Assembly (NCBI GenBank): GCA_963777325.1
Contig: CAVZQE010000007.1
Span: 4,536-68,535, forward strand
Length of the DNA stretch: 64,000 bases
DNA from: an uncultured Alphaproteobacteria bacterium
GTDB taxonomy: Bacteria > Pseudomonadota > Alphaproteobacteria > Acetobacterales > Acetobacteraceae
Direction: 5' to 3'
Positions 1 through 12,115 of the stretch are shown here, piece by piece. How positions within the stretch are numbered: position 1 is the first letter of the stretch; every line of letters starts with the position of its first letter. Both the position numbers and the translations under genes were made by a program. The notes beneath the pieces are model-generated. The model worked only from the letters and a program-made list of their open reading frames with translations. It searched no databases and had not been told where the DNA came from.

Positions 1-854
1 TCAAGCCGATGGGCGCGGTCGGGCAGGTGGTGCCGCTCTACGCGGATATCGGCAACGATGCGACGGTCGCGCGCGCCGTCGAGGCGGCCGATGTCGTCGT
101 AAGCCTGGTCGGCATCCTCGCCGAGAACCGCAAGGGCGAGTTCGAGCGCGTCCACGTCGAGGGCGCGGGCCGCATCGCGCAATTCGCGGCGGCGGCGGGA
201 GCGATCAGCCTCGTCCATGTCTCCGCGATCGGCGCCGATCCCGCGAGCGGCAGCCTCTACGGGGCAAGCAAGGGCCGGGGCGAACAGGCCGTCAGCGCCG
301 CCTTCCCGGGCGCGACCATCCTGCGGCCGTCCATCGTGTTCGGCCCGGAAGACAATTTCTTCAACCGCTTCGGCATGATCGCGCAGGTCTCGCCGGTGAT
401 GCCGGTGATTGCCGGGGCGACCCGGATGCAGCCCGTCTATGTCGGGGACGTGGCCGACGCGGCGCTTGCGGCGGCGGAAAGACGCGATCTGACCGGGCGC
501 GTCTACGAGCTGGGTGGCCCGCGAGTTTGGACCTTCCGCGAGATCCTCGCCTACATCCTGGAGGTGACGCGCCGCCGCCTGCCGCTCGTCAGCATCCCGC
601 ACGCCCTCGCGAGCGTGCAGGCGAGCGTGCTGGAAAAACTGCCTGGCAGGCTGCTGACGCGCGATCAGCTGAAGATGCTGGAACGCGACAACGTCGTGTC
701 CGACGGGATGCCCGGCCTCCCGGAGCTTGGGGTCGTGCCGACGCCGGTCGATCTCGTCGTCCCCGGCTACCTGCGCCGCTTCCGGCCCGGCGGCAAGCGC
801 CAGGACGAGGAACCGCAGATCCCCGCTAGGGCCGGAACGGACCTATCTCGCTGA
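1..854 (+). CDS. NAD(P)H-binding NDUFA9-like (complex I 39-kDa subunit family) SDR-fold protein; 5' end lies outside the window
   Basis: ORF 9..854 is open to the window edge. Motifs YGASKGRGE and ILRPSIVFGPEDNFFNRF are typical of the NDUFA9/NmrA-like family. Confidence 0.75.
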   Translation, partial: KPMGAVGQVVPLYADIGNDATVARAVEAADVVVSLVGILAENRKGEFERVHVEGAGRIAQFAAAAGAISLVHVSAIGADPASGSLYGASKGRGEQAVSAAFPGATILRPSIVFGPEDNFFNRFGMIAQVSPVMPVIAGATRMQPVYVGDVADAALAAAERRDLTGRVYELGGPRVWTFREILAYILEVTRRRLPLVSIPHALASVQASVLEKLPGRLLTRDQLKMLERDNVVSDGMPGLPELGVVPTPVDLVVPGYLRRFRPGGKRQDEEPQIPARAGTDLSR

Positions 855-1033
855 CCTGGGCCTCGCCAGAATTCACATCGGCGTGATAGCTGCTGGTTCA
901 CGTCAGCAATGCTGACTTAGCACTGCAAAGGCGGTAGCGGGCTCTCCGCCCTGCCCGTATTGTTCTCTCGTCTACGTGTCTGCGGAGGGGAGGCCCGGGC
1001 GCGCCAACCGAGCGGTCTTGGAGGGAAAGTCAC

Positions 1034-2471
1034 ATGCCCGAGCGCATGCTGAAATTCGTCAGCGTTCCTCAGCAGCAGCCATCCAAGCGCAGCATCACGG
1101 AGCGGCGAACCGATTTCGGCGAGATCTACCGCGAATTCGCCATTGCCGAGGCGCAGGTGCAGTCGAGCCGGTGCAGCCAGTGCGGCGTTCCGTTCTGCTC
1201 AATCCATTGCCCCCTGCACAACAACATCCCGGACTGGCTGAAGCTCACCGCCGAGGACCGCCTCGAGGAAGCCTACGAGGTCAGCTCGGCGACCAACACC
1301 TTCCCGGAGATCTGCGGCCGGATCTGCCCGCAGGACCGCCTGTGCGAAGGCAATTGCGTCATCGAGAAGGGCTTCGAAAGCGTCACCATCGGCGCGGTCG
1401 AGAAATTCATCACCGATACCGCGTTCGAGATGGGCTGGGTGCGCCCGATCCGGCCCCGCATCGAACTCGATCGCTCCGTCGGCATCGTCGGCGCGGGGCC
1501 GGCCGGGCTCGCGGCGGCCGAGCAGCTCCGCCAACGCGGCTACCAGGTCTGCGTCTACGACCGCTACGACCGGCCGGGCGGCCTCATGATCTACGGCATT
1601 CCGAACTTCAAGCTGGAGAAGGAGATCGTGCTGCGTCGCTGGCGGCAGTATGAAGAGTCAGGCGTGAGACTTCGTGCTCAACGCCGACGTCGGCGGCGCC
1701 ACCTCGCTCGCCGAGCTGCGCGCCAGGCACGACGCCGTGCTGATCGCGACCGGCGTCTACAAGGCGCGCGACATCGGCGGTCCTGGCTCCGGCCTGTCCG
1801 GCATCGTGCCGGCGCTCGACTTCCTGATCGCCTCGAACCGCCAGGGTCTCGGCGAGGACGTGCCGGCGTTCAAGTCCGGCCTGCTGAACGCATCCGGCAA
1901 GGATGTCGTGGTGATCGGCGGCGGCGACACCGCCATGGATTGCGTGCGCACCGCCGTCCGCCAGGGCGCGAAGTCGGTCAGGTGCCTCTATCGCCGGGAC
2001 AAGGCGAACATGCCCGGCTCCATGCGCGAGGTGAAGAACGCCGAGGAGGAAGGGGTCGAGTTCGTCTGGCTGTCGGCGCCGGAAGCGTTTCTCGGCGATG
2101 CGGGCGTGACCGGCGTGCGGGCGGTGCGGATGCATCTCGGCCTGCCGGACGCGTCGGGCCGCCAATCGGTCGAGCCGGTCGAGGGCAGCCACTTCATGCT
2201 GAAAGCGGATCTCGTCATCAAGGCGCTCGGTTACGATCCCGATGATCTGCCGCGCATGTTCGGCGAGAAGAAGCTTGAGATCAGCCGCTGGGGCACGCTC
2301 AAGATCAATCGCCGCACCGCCATGACCTCGCTGCCGGGCGTGTTCGCCGCGGGCGACATCGTGCGCGGCGCGAGCCTCGTCGTCTGGGCGATCCGGGACG
2401 GGCGGGACGCGGCGAAATACATCCACCAGTACGTGCAAAGTCAACCGGCCCTCGCGGTCGCGGCGGAGTAG
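1034..2471 (+). pseudogene. gltD: Glutamate synthase small subunit (NADPH), interrupted by one apparent +1 insertion
   Basis: ORF 1034..2245 carries CSQCGVPFC, CPLHNNIPDW and GAGPAGLAAA up to ..EESGVR, then runs out of frame. ORF 1674..2471 continues with FVLNADVGG..GGGDTAMDC..AAGDIVRGASLVVWAIRDGR. The junction reads ggcgtgaga[c]ttcgtgctc at ~1670. Confidence 0.9.
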
Positions 2472-2476
2472 CGAGC

Positions 2477-5400
2477 ATGGACCGTATCACGGACGACGCC
2501 CGCGAGTCGGGCGCCGGGTTCCTGGCCGCGTGGGACGCGAATGTCGCGGCGCTGTCCGAGACCTACAGCCCGGCGCAGGAGCACGATGCCTGCGGCGTCG
2601 GGCTGGTCGCGGCGATCGACGGCCGCAAGCGCCGCGACGTCGTGGAAGCCGGCATCAGCGCCCTGAAGGCGGTCTGGCACCGGGGCGCGGTGGACGCCGA
2701 CGGCAAGACCGGCGACGGCGCCGGCATTCATATCGAGATTCCGCAGGATTTCTTTGCCGCCGCGATCGAGCGCGGCGGGGCGAAGCTGATGCCGGGGCCG
2801 ATCGCGGTCGGTCAGGTGTTCATGCCCAAGACCGATCTCGGCGCCCAGGAGCGCTGCCGCCAGATCGTCGAGACCGAAATCATGTATTTCGGCTACGCGA
2901 TCTATGGCTGGCGGCAGGTGCCGATCGACGTCCAGTGCATTGGCGAAAAGGCCAACGCGACCCGGCCGGAGATCGAGCAGATCATGATCTGGAACCCGAA
3001 GGGGACCAGCGACGATGCGTTCGAGCGCGATCTCTACGTGATCCGCCGCCGCATCGAGAAGCAGGCGATCGCGGCGCAAATCCCCGATCTCTATTTCTGC
3101 TCGCTGTCGTCGCGCTCGATCATTTACAAGGGGATGTTCCTCGCCGAGAGCCTGACGGTGTTCTATCCGGATCTGCTCGATCCGCGCTTCGTCTCGCGCT
3201 TCGCGATCTACCATCAGCGCTACTCGACCAACACGTTCCCGACCTGGCGGCTGGCGCAGCCCTTCCGCACGCTTGCCCATAACGGCGAGATCAACACGGT
3301 CAGCGGCAACATCAACTGGATGAAGAGCCACGAGACCCGGCTTGAAGGCAGCCGGCTCGGCGCGTTCCTCGAAGACGTGAAACCCGTCGTGCAGGCCGGC
3401 AACTCCGATACGGCGAGCCTCGACAACGTCTTCGAGCTGCTGGTGCATGCCGGCCGCGACGCGCCGATGGCCAAATCGATGCTCATTCCGGCGAGCATCG
3501 GCACCGACGCGACGATGCCGAAGGCGCATCGCGACATGTTCCTCTACTGCAACGCCATCATGGAGCCGTGGGACGGTCCGGCGGCGGTGGCCGCGACCGA
3601 CGGGCGCTGGGTGATCGCGGGCCTCGACCGGAACGGCCTCAGGCCGCTGCGCTACACGGTGACCAGCACGAACCTGCTCGTCGTCGGCTCCGAGACCGGC
3701 ATGGTGAAGCTCGACCTCGCCGATATCGTCGAGCGCGGGCGCGTCGGGCCGGGACAGTCCGTCGGCGTCGATCTGCAAGAGGGCAAGTTCTACCGCGACC
3801 AGGATATCAAGGACATGCTGGCCGCACGCCGGCCGTTCGGCGCGTGGACGAAACGGATCACCCAGATCGACGGCTTCTTGAAGTCGGACGCCGCCGCGCC
3901 GGTTCTGTTCGATCGCGAGGAGGTGCGCCGCCGCCAGCTAGCGGTCGGGTTCACGCTCGAAGATCTCGAAATGATCCTGCAACCGATGGTCGAGGAAGCG
4001 CAGGAGCCGACCGGCAGCATGGGCGACGACACGCCCGTTGCCGTGCTCTCGGAGAAGTACCGGGGCCTGCACCACTTCTTCCGCCAGGCCTTCGCGCAGG
4101 TGACGAACCCGCCAATCGATAGCCTGCGCGAGACGCGGGTGATGACGCTCAAGACGCGGCTCGGCAATCTCGGCAACATCCTCGACGAAACCTCCGAGCA
4201 ATGCGACTTGCTGCAGCTCGAAAGCCCGGTGCTCTCGAACGCCGAGTTCCTGGCGATGCGGGCCTATATGGACAGCTCGGTCTTCACCGTCGACTGCACC
4301 TTCCCGGTCGCCGACGGAGCGCCCGGGTTGCGCGAGGCGCTCGACCGCGTCCGGCGCGAGGCCGAAGAGGCCGTGCGCGCCGGCTGCACGCATATCGTGC
4401 TGACGGACGAGAACCAGGGGCCGGAGCGCGCGCCGGTGCCGATGATCCTCGCGACCGCCGGCGTCCATACGCATCTGACGCGGCAGAGCCTGCGCACCTT
4501 CACGAGCCTCAATGTGCGCGCGGCCGAGTGCATGGATGTCCACTATTTCGCCGTCCTGATCGGCGTGGGCGCGACCACGGTGAACGCCTATCTCGCCCAG
4601 GAGACGATCGCCGACCGGCATCGCCGCGGGCTGTTCGGTGACGTTGCCCTGAAGGCGGCGGTCGAGAAATACAAAAAGGCGGTCAACAAGGGGCTGCTGA
4701 AGGTGATGTCCAAGATGGGCATCTCCGTCATCTCCTCCTATCGCGGCGCCTATGCGTTCGAGGTGATCGGCCTGTCGCGGGCGCTGGTCGCCGAGTTCTT
4801 TCCCGGCATGCAGTCGCGCATCTCCGGAATCGGCCTCTCCGGCATCGCGCGCAAGGTTCTGGAGCTGCACGACATCGCCTGGGGGTCGGACGCGGTGACC
4901 TTGCCGGTCGGCGGCATCTACAAGCTCCGCCGCCGGGGCGAGACGCACGGCTTCGAGGGGCAGCTGATCCATACCCTGCAATCCGCCGTCGCGACCGACA
5001 GCTACGCGACCTATCGCCGCTACGCGGACGCGGTGCGGCGCATGCCGCCCGTGGCGCTGCGCGATCTGCTCGATTTCCGGCTCGACCTCTGCAGGCCGAT
5101 CTCGGTGGACGAGGTCGAGAGCATCACCGAAATCCGCAAGCGCCTGATCGCGCCCGGCATCTCGCTCGGCGCGCTCAGCCCCGAGGCGCACGAGACGCTG
5201 TCGATCGCGATGAACCGCATCGGCGCGCGCTCCGACAGCGGCGAGGGCGGCGAGGACCGCGAACGCTACACGCCGCGCCCGAACGGCGACAACCCGTCAT
5301 CGGCGATCAAGCAGATCGCGTCGGGCCGGTTCGGCGTCACGGCCGAATACCTGAACAACTGCCGCGAGATCGAGATCAAGGTCGCGCAGGGGGCGAAGCC

Positions 5401-7031
5401 GGGCGAGGGGGGGCAGTTGCCCGGCTTCAAGGTTTCGGCGCTGATCGCCAGGCTCCGGCATTCAACGCCGGGCGTCATGCTCATCAGCCCGCCGCCGCAC
5501 CACGACATCTACTCAATCGAGGATCTGGCGCAGCTCATCTACGACCTGAAGCAGATCAATCCGGACGCGACGGTCTGCGTCAAGCTCGTCGCGCGCTCCG
5601 GCATCGGCACGATCGCGGCGGGCGTCGCCAAGGCAAAGGCGGACGCGATCCTGGTCTCGGGCCATGTCGGCGGCACGGGCGCGAGCCCGCAAAGCTCGAT
5701 CAAATACGCCGGCCTGCCGTGGGAGATGGGGCTGTCGGAGGCGCATCAGGTGCTGATGCTGAACCGCTTGCGCCACCGGGTAACATTGCGCACCGATGGC
5801 GGCCTCAAGACCGGGCGGGACGTGGTAATCGCGGCCATGCTCGGCGCGGAAGAGTTCGGCATCGGCACGACCAGCCTGATCGCCATGGGCTGCATCATGG
5901 TGCGGCAATGCCACTCCAATACCTGCCCGGTCGGCGTATGCACCCAGGACGAGAGGCTGCGCGAAAAATTCGAGGGTACGCCCGAGAAGGTCATCAATCT
6001 CTTCTCTTTCATCGCGGAAGACGTGCGTGGCATTCTGGCTTCGCTCGGCGTGCGCACGCTGGCCGAGGTGATCGGCCGAACGGACCTCTTGCAGCAGGTC
6101 AGCCGGGGATCGGAGATCCTGGACGACCTCGATCTCAATCCGCTGCTCGCCCAGGCTGATCCCGGACCGCATGCGCGCTACTGCACGCTCACGGGCCGCA
6201 ACGAGGTGCCCGAGACGCTGGACGCGCAGATGATCGAGGATGCCGGCCCGCTGTTCGAGCGGGGCGAGAAGATGCAACTCCAGTACACGATCCGGAACAC
6301 GCATCGCGCCATCGGCACCAAGATCTCGTCCAGGATCACCCGCAAGTTCGGCATGACGGGTCTCGCCCCCGCGCATCTCACGGTGCGCCTCCGGGGGTCG
6401 GCCGGGCAGTCGCTCGGAGCCTTCGCGGTGCAGGGCCTCAAGCTCGAGGTCATGGGGGACGCGAACGACTATGTCGCCAAGGGGCTGTCCGGCGCGATGG
6501 TCGTCGTGCGTCCGCCGCCCTCGTCGGGGCTTGCCAGCAACGAGAACACGATCATCGGCAATACCTGCCTCTACGGCGCGACGGCGGGGACGCTGTTCGC
6601 GGCGGGGCAGGCGGGCGAGCGGTTCGCGGTCCGCAACTCGGGCGGCGTCGCGGTGGTCGAGGGCTGCGGCTCGAACGGCTGCGAGTACATGACCGGTGGC
6701 ACGGTGGTCATCCTCGGCCAGATCGGCGACAATTTCGGCGCGGGCTTCACCGGCGGCGTGGCCTTCGTGTACGACCCGGACAATCTGTTCGCGCTCCGGG
6801 TCAATCCCGATACGCTGCTCTGGCAGCGCGTGGCGTCCTCGGTACTGGGAGCAGACGCTGAAGGATTTGGTGACGGCGCACGTGACGGAGACGTCGAGCC
6901 GCTACGCCGCGCGCCTGCTGCACGAGTGGGAGCGGACCCTGCCGCACTTCTGGCAGGTCGTGCCGCGCGATTACGTCAAATACCTCCCGATGCCTCTCGA
7001 CGAGGCTCCCAGCAGGGCTCTCCGGGCCTGA
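2477..7031 (+). pseudogene. gltB: Glutamate synthase large subunit, C-terminal tail shifted by one apparent inserted base
   Basis: The 1549-aa ORF has an Ntn-amidotransferase start (HDACGVG), an FMN domain and a GXGXG C-domain. Frame is lost after ..LLWQRVASS (~6842). The conserved tail YWEQTLKDLV..HFWQVVPRDYVKY is in ORF 6696..7031. Confidence 0.92.
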
Positions 7032-7135
7032 TCCTCGCGGCCGCTCGCGCCTCTCCGCACACGGGAGGCGCAAGACGCGTGCTTCCGCTTCTCCGGAGGG
7101 GTGCAACTCGTCTGCCGATGCTATAGACCGCGCCG

Positions 7136-7804
7136 ATGCGCTATCTCTACCACCTGCCGCTCTCCCCGTACGCCCGCAAGGTTCGCCTCGTTCTCTCGGA
7201 AAAGCGCCTGCCGTTCGAGCTGCGGCTCGAGAAGGTATGGGAACGGCGTCCCGAGTATCTGGAGCTGAACCCGGCCGGAACGGTGCCGACTCTGGTCGAG
7301 GAGAGCGGGCTGGTCGTGCCCGATTCGGGCGTGATTTGCGAATACCTGGAAGAAGCCTACCCGGACATCTCGCTGCTTGGCCGCACGCACGCCGAGCGGG
7401 TCGAGACGCGGCGGCTGGTCACCTGGTTCGATTGCAAGTTCTCCCACGAAGTCACGCGCAACCTGGTCGGCGAGAAGTTCATGAAGCGGCTGCTCGGCCG
7501 CGGCGAGCCGAACGCCGCGGCGCTCCGGGTCGGCTACGCCGCGATCAAGGATCACCTGCACTATATCGGCTGGCTCGCCGAGACGCGGCAGTGGCTGGCG
7601 GGCGCGCATCTCTCGCTTGCCGACTTCGCCGCCGCCGCGCATCTCTCGAGCCTCGATTTCGCGGGCGACGTGGATTGGACCGTCTCGCCGCCCGCGCGGG
7701 AGTGGTATGCCCGCATGAAGTCGCGGCCGTGCTTTCGCGGCGTGCTGGCCGATCGCATCCCCGGCGTCACGCCCCCCGAGCACTACGCGGATCTCGATTT
7801 CTGA
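7136..7804 (+). CDS. Glutathione S-transferase family protein
   Basis: 222-aa ORF with an N-terminal thioredoxin-like GST fold (LSPYARKVRLVL..GTVPTL..SGVICEYL) and a C-terminal helical domain. Confidence 0.85.
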   Translation: MRYLYHLPLSPYARKVRLVLSEKRLPFELRLEKVWERRPEYLELNPAGTVPTLVEESGLVVPDSGVICEYLEEAYPDISLLGRTHAERVETRRLVTWFDCKFSHEVTRNLVGEKFMKRLLGRGEPNAAALRVGYAAIKDHLHYIGWLAETRQWLAGAHLSLADFAAAAHLSSLDFAGDVDWTVSPPAREWYARMKSRPCFRGVLADRIPGVTPPEHYADLDF

Positions 7805-7840
7805 GCGCCGGACGCGGTCTCCCGCTGCGCTGCGGCTGCA

Positions 7841-7869
7841 TTGACGGGGGCGGGGCGTCCGCCTATAAG
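7841..7869 (+). promoter_or_regulatory. Sigma70-type promoter candidate for rpmH-rnpA-yidD-yidC
   Basis: TTGACG (7841-7846), a 17-nt spacer, then TATAAG (7864-7869), about 100 nt upstream of the rpmH GTG. Confidence 0.5.
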
Positions 7870-7967
7870 CCGCCGCCTGCGGACGAATGGCGGACAGCGC
7901 TTGCCCATGCCGCGCGTTCAGCCTGCACGCGGTACCGACCCGCGATCATGTTCATCGGAGAGAAGCC

Positions 7968-8102
7968 GTGAAGCGCACCTATCAGCCGTCCAAGCTCGTC
8001 CGCAAGCGCCGGCACGGTTTCCGCGCGCGCATGGCGACGGTCGGCGGCCGCAAGGTGCTGGCCAACCGCCGCGCGAAGGGCCGCAAGCGCCTGTCGGCCT
8101 GA
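7968..8102 (+). CDS. rpmH: 50S ribosomal protein L34
   Basis: [44 protein letters not shown], with a GTG start and GGAGAG Shine-Dalgarno (SD) sequence upstream. Confidence 0.97.
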   Translation: MKRTYQPSKLVRKRRHGFRARMATVGGRKVLANRRAKGRKRLSA

Positions 8103-8123
8103 GCACGGCGACGGATCGGCAGC

Positions 8124-8468
8124 ATGGTGGAACCCGCGCCGCAGCGCCTGAAGCGCCGGGCGGAATTTCTGCGGGTCGCGTCGGGGGGCCGTCGCGCGCC
8201 CATGCCCGGTCTGGTTCTCCAGGCTCTGTTCCGGGGCGACGACACGCCAGCCCGGCTCGGCTTCACGGTGACCAAGAAGGTCGGCAACGCGGTCGTGCGC
8301 AACCGTACCCGCCGGCGCTTGCGCGAGGCCGCGCGGCTCGTGCTCCGGGAGGAGCCCCCGCGCGGGGTCGATCTTGTGCTGATCGGGCGGGACGGCACGC
8401 GCCGCCGGCCTTTCGCGGCGTTGATGGGCGACCTGCGGCGAGCGCTCGCCAAGATCGGGCGGTCGTGA
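8124..8468 (+). CDS. rnpA: Ribonuclease P protein component
   Basis: 114-aa basic ORF directly after rpmH. Contains the FTVTKKVGNAVVRNRTRRRLRE motif. Confidence 0.93.
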   Translation: MVEPAPQRLKRRAEFLRVASGGRRAPMPGLVLQALFRGDDTPARLGFTVTKKVGNAVVRNRTRRRLREAARLVLREEPPRGVDLVLIGRDGTRRRPFAALMGDLRRALAKIGRS

Positions 8469-8707
8469 GCCCGGCCGCCGCGCTGGCCGTGGGGGCGGTT
8501 CGCGCCTACCAGTGGACCCTGGGGCCGATGCTCGGCGGTCAGTGCCGGTTCTATCCGAGTTGCAGCGCCTACGCGATCGAAGCCTTGCGTCTGCATGGCG
8601 CGGGTCGCGGCTCGGTGCTCGCAGCGGGGCGGGTGTTGCGCTGCAATCCGTGGTGCGAGGGCGGCGTCGATCTGGTGCCGGACGTAGGCAGTCGATCGGC
8701 CGGGTAG
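8465..8707 (+). CDS. yidD: Membrane protein insertion efficiency factor YidD
   Basis: GTG start overlaps the rnpA stop (GTGA). Contains AYQWTLGPMLGGQCRFYPSCSAYAIEALRLHG. Confidence 0.9.
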   Translation: MSPAAALAVGAVRAYQWTLGPMLGGQCRFYPSCSAYAIEALRLHGAGRGSVLAAGRVLRCNPWCEGGVDLVPDVGSRSAG

Positions 8708-8723
8708 GCCAGACGGGGTATTG

Positions 8724-10487
8724 ATGGACCAAAGACGGCTGTTTCTCGCGATCGCGATCTCGCTCGCGATCCTTCTCGGCTTTCAGTTCCTGGTGAAGCC
8801 GCATCTGCCGCAGCAAGCGGTCCAGCACACGGCGGCGACGCAACCGGAAGCCAAGCGGGCCACCGCGACGCCGCTCGAGGGCGCGCCCGGGCAAGGCGTC
8901 GCGCCCGTGCGGCAGGCGCCCGTGCCGAAGGAGGTGCCGCGCCTCCGGATCGCGGCCCCAAAGGTGCAGGGCTCGATCAGCCTGCTCGGGGCGCGCATCG
9001 ACGATCTCGTGCTGGTGGACTATCGCGAGACGCTCGCGCCCAACTCGCCGCTGGTGCGGCTGCTGGAGCCGCGCTCGGAGGCGAAGCCCTACTACGTGCA
9101 GTACGGCTGGTCCGCCTCCGACCCGAAGATCCGCGTGCCGGACAACGACACGGTCTGGACGGCATCGGCCGACACGCTCGGCGCGGGCAAGCCCGTCACG
9201 CTCACCTGGAACAACGACGCCGGCCTCACCTTCGAACTGCTGCTCTCGATCGACGACGACTACATGTTCGCGGTCGAGCAGCGGGTGCGGAACGACACTG
9301 GCGCCCCCGTCAGCCTCACCCCCTGGGCGCGTATCCGCCGCGACTACAAGCCCGAGGTGTCGGGCTACTACATCCTGTTCGAGGGCCTGCTCGGCGTCGT
9401 GGACGGCACCTTGCAGGAAACGACCTACGCCAAGGCGGCGAGCGAAGGCGAAAAGCGCAACGGCCTCGCCTTCGACGCCACGGGCACGGGCGGCTGGGCC
9501 GGCATCACGGATAAGTACTGGCTCACCAGCCTGATCCCGGATCAGGCGGTCACCTCCACGGTCGAGTTCCGCCATATCGAGGACGCGGCGCCCGACGCCG
9601 CCGGCAACCGCGACCACTACCAGGTCGACTACGCGGCGCATGAGCCGCAGGCGGTGCCGGCCGGGTCGTCGGCGAGCATGACCTCGCACCTGTTCGCGGG
9701 CGCCAAGGTGGTGAGCCTGCTCGACCAGTACGAGCGGCAGTACCACATCCCGAATTTCGACAAGGCCGTCGATTTCGGCTGGTTCTACTTTCTCACCAAG
9801 CCGATCTTCTACGCGCTCGACTGGCTGAACGCAGTGCTCGGCAATTTCGGCTTGGCCATCATGGCGTTCACGGTGTTCGTCAAGCTGCTGTTCTTTCCGC
9901 TCGCCAACTACTCCTACCGCTCGATGAGCCGCATGAAGCTGCTCGGGCCAAAGATGCAGAGCCTGCGCGAGAAGTACAAGGATGATCCGCAGCGCGTCCA
10001 ACAGGAGATGATGGGGCTGTACAAGGCCGAAAAGATCAATCCGGCCAGCGGCTGCCTGCCGATGCTCGTGCAGATCCCGGTGTTCTTCTCGCTGTACAAG
10101 GTGATCTTCGTCACGATCGAGATGCGGCAGGCGCCGTTCTTCGGCTGGATTCACGATCTCTCGCAAATTGATCCGACCAACGTGTTCAACCTGTTCGGGC
10201 TGCTCCCGTTCGATCCGACAGTCATCTCTCCGATGCTGCATCTCGGCGTGTGGCCGCTCATCATGGGCTGCACCATGTTCTTTCAGCAGAAGCTCAACCC
10301 GCCGCCGCCCGATCCCATGCAGGCCAAGCTGTTTCAGTTCATGCCGGTGATCTTCACTTTCATGCTGGCGCGCTTCCCGGCCGGGCTCGTCATCTACTGG
10401 AGCTGGAACAACACGCTCTCGATCATCCAGCAGTGGCTGATCCAGCGGCGGACCAAGCTGCCGCGGCCGAACCTGGCAAGGACGTGA
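8724..10487 (+). CDS. yidC: Membrane protein insertase YidC
   Basis: 587-aa ORF with a periplasmic domain and a conserved C-terminal 60-kDa IMP core ([48 protein letters not shown]). Confidence 0.96.
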   Translation: MDQRRLFLAIAISLAILLGFQFLVKPHLPQQAVQHTAATQPEAKRATATPLEGAPGQGVAPVRQAPVPKEVPRLRIAAPKVQGSISLLGARIDDLVLVDYRETLAPNSPLVRLLEPRSEAKPYYVQYGWSASDPKIRVPDNDTVWTASADTLGAGKPVTLTWNNDAGLTFELLLSIDDDYMFAVEQRVRNDTGAPVSLTPWARIRRDYKPEVSGYYILFEGLLGVVDGTLQETTYAKAASEGEKRNGLAFDATGTGGWAGITDKYWLTSLIPDQAVTSTVEFRHIEDAAPDAAGNRDHYQVDYAAHEPQAVPAGSSASMTSHLFAGAKVVSLLDQYERQYHIPNFDKAVDFGWFYFLTKPIFYALDWLNAVLGNFGLAIMAFTVFVKLLFFPLANYSYRSMSRMKLLGPKMQSLREKYKDDPQRVQQEMMGLYKAEKINPASGCLPMLVQIPVFFSLYKVIFVTIEMRQAPFFGWIHDLSQIDPTNVFNLFGLLPFDPTVISPMLHLGVWPLIMGCTMFFQQKLNPPPPDPMQAKLFQFMPVIFTFMLARFPAGLVIYWSWNNTLSIIQQWLIQRRTKLPRPNLART

Positions 10488-11125
10488 CGGAGGACGAACA
10501 GGCGTCCGCCCTCGAAGCGGGGCGGAAGCTGTTCGCCTCGGGCTGTGTGTTCTTCTTCGGCGCGCAGAGCATCGACCAGGTTCCGCCCACCGGAACGCCG
10601 GAGATCGCGTTCGCGGGCCGCTCCAATGTCGGCAAGTCCTCGCTGGTCAACGCGCTGACCGGGCGGCGTTCGCTGGCGCGGTCCTCGGGCCAGCCGGGCC
10701 GGACCCGCCAGCTCAACTTCTTCGATCTCGGCGAGGGACGCCTCACGCTCGTCGATATGCCGGGCTACGGCTACGCCCAGGCGCCGAAATCGGTGAAGGC
10801 CGACTGGCAGGGCATGATGTTCGGGTACCTGCGCGGCCGCCCGACCTTGCGCCGGGTGGTGCTGCTCCTCGACTCGCGGATCGAGGTCAAGGCCGCCGAC
10901 CGGGCAGCGATGGAGTTGCTGGACCAGGCGGCCGTCACCTTCCAGCTCGTGCTGACCAAGGCGGACGGCGTCACCGCGGCCGAGCTGGCGGCGAAGCAGG
11001 CGGAGGTGGAGGCGCTTGCCCGCGCGCACCCGGCCGCCTATCCGGAGGTGATCGCGACCAGCGCCGAAACCGGTCTCGGCATCGCCGAACTGCGCGCAAC
11101 GGTGGCGGCGCTGGCCCGGCCTTGA
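10484..11125 (+). CDS. engB: Ribosome biogenesis GTP-binding protein YihA/EngB
   Basis: GTG start overlaps the yidC stop. G1 motif [14 protein letters not shown], then DMPGYGYA and LTKAD. Confidence 0.92.
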   Translation: MTEDEQASALEAGRKLFASGCVFFFGAQSIDQVPPTGTPEIAFAGRSNVGKSSLVNALTGRRSLARSSGQPGRTRQLNFFDLGEGRLTLVDMPGYGYAQAPKSVKADWQGMMFGYLRGRPTLRRVVLLLDSRIEVKAADRAAMELLDQAAVTFQLVLTKADGVTAAELAAKQAEVEALARAHPAAYPEVIATSAETGLGIAELRATVAALARP

Positions 11126-11181
11126 CGTCTCAACCCAACCCTCCCCGAGCGGGACGGACCAGACCCAAAGGGGCGCCAGCC

Positions 11182-12090
11182 ATGTCACAGACCCGGATGC
11201 CGCCGCATATCGAGGCCGCGGCGGAACAGGCGCGCACGCTTGCCCACGCATTGCCGTTCATGCGCCGCTACGCGGGCGCGACCATCGTCGTGAAGTATGG
11301 CGGCCACGCGATGGGCGAGGAGAAGCTGGCGGCGCGGTTCGGCGCGGACATCGCGCTGCTCAAGCAGGTCGGCATGAACCCCGTCGTCGTGCATGGCGGC
11401 GGCCCGCAGATCAACGCGATGCTGAAGCGGCTTGGCATCAAGTCGAGCTTCGTCGAGGGCTTGCGCGTCACCGACGAACAGATGGTGGAAGTCGTCGAGA
11501 TGGTTCTCGCCGGCACCGTCAACAAGCACGTGGCGGGGCTCATCAACCGCGCGGGGGCGCTCGCGGTCGGCATCTGCGGCAAGGATGGCGGCCTGATCCG
11601 CGCCCGCAAGCTGACGCGCAGCGTGCGCGATCCGGAGAGCCACATCGAACGCGAGCTGGATTTGGGCTTCGTCGGCGAGCCCGAGCACATCGACGTGCGC
11701 GTCATCCACGCGCTCACGGGGGCGGGGCTGATCCCGGTGATCGCGCCCGTCGGCGTGGGCGCGGACGGACAGACCTACAACATCAACGCGGACACGGTGG
11801 CCGGCGCGATTGCCGGCGCGCTCGGCGCGACAAGGCTGCTAATGCTGACCGACGTCGAGGGCGTGCTCGACACGGACAAGAAGCTGATCCCGATCATGAC
11901 CGTCGCGGATGTCGAGCGCGGCATCGCGGAGGGCGTGATCAGGGACGGGATGATCCCGAAAGTCGAAACCTGCGTCGCCGCCGTGCAGGGCGGGGTCAAG
12001 GGCGCGGTGATCCTCGACGGCCGGCTCACCCATGCCTGCCTGCTCGAGCTCTTCACCGAGCACGGCATCGGCACGCTGATCCGCGCCTGA
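11182..12090 (+). CDS. argB: Acetylglutamate kinase
   Basis: Contains [33 protein letters not shown] and [12 protein letters not shown] chose the ATG at 11182 over the TTG at 11122. Confidence 0.93.
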   Translation: MSQTRMPPHIEAAAEQARTLAHALPFMRRYAGATIVVKYGGHAMGEEKLAARFGADIALLKQVGMNPVVVHGGGPQINAMLKRLGIKSSFVEGLRVTDEQMVEVVEMVLAGTVNKHVAGLINRAGALAVGICGKDGGLIRARKLTRSVRDPESHIERELDLGFVGEPEHIDVRVIHALTGAGLIPVIAPVGVGADGQTYNINADTVAGAIAGALGATRLLMLTDVEGVLDTDKKLIPIMTVADVERGIAEGVIRDGMIPKVETCVAAVQGGVKGAVILDGRLTHACLLELFTEHGIGTLIRA

Positions 12091-12115
12091 TGCGAACTGC
12101 CCCCAACGTGGCCGG

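Noticed and set aside
854-1033. 180-nt leader upstream of gltD as a riboswitch or sRNA
   Set aside because: I could not recognise any known riboswitch core or a convincing conserved hairpin by eye. There is nothing to support a call.
7863-10241. 792-aa minus-strand ORF, plus similar long ORFs at 2441..3778, 27123..29309, 30265..32193, 47369..49540, 54969..56639 and 16523..18187
   Set aside because: All lie antisense to, or out of frame with, genes that have clear conserved motifs (yidC, gltB, thrS, the ABC exporter, pirin/VOC, CHAD, cysE). Their translations are Arg/Ala/Gly/Pro-rich with no recognisable domains. This is the usual stop-codon paucity of a ~70% GC genome.
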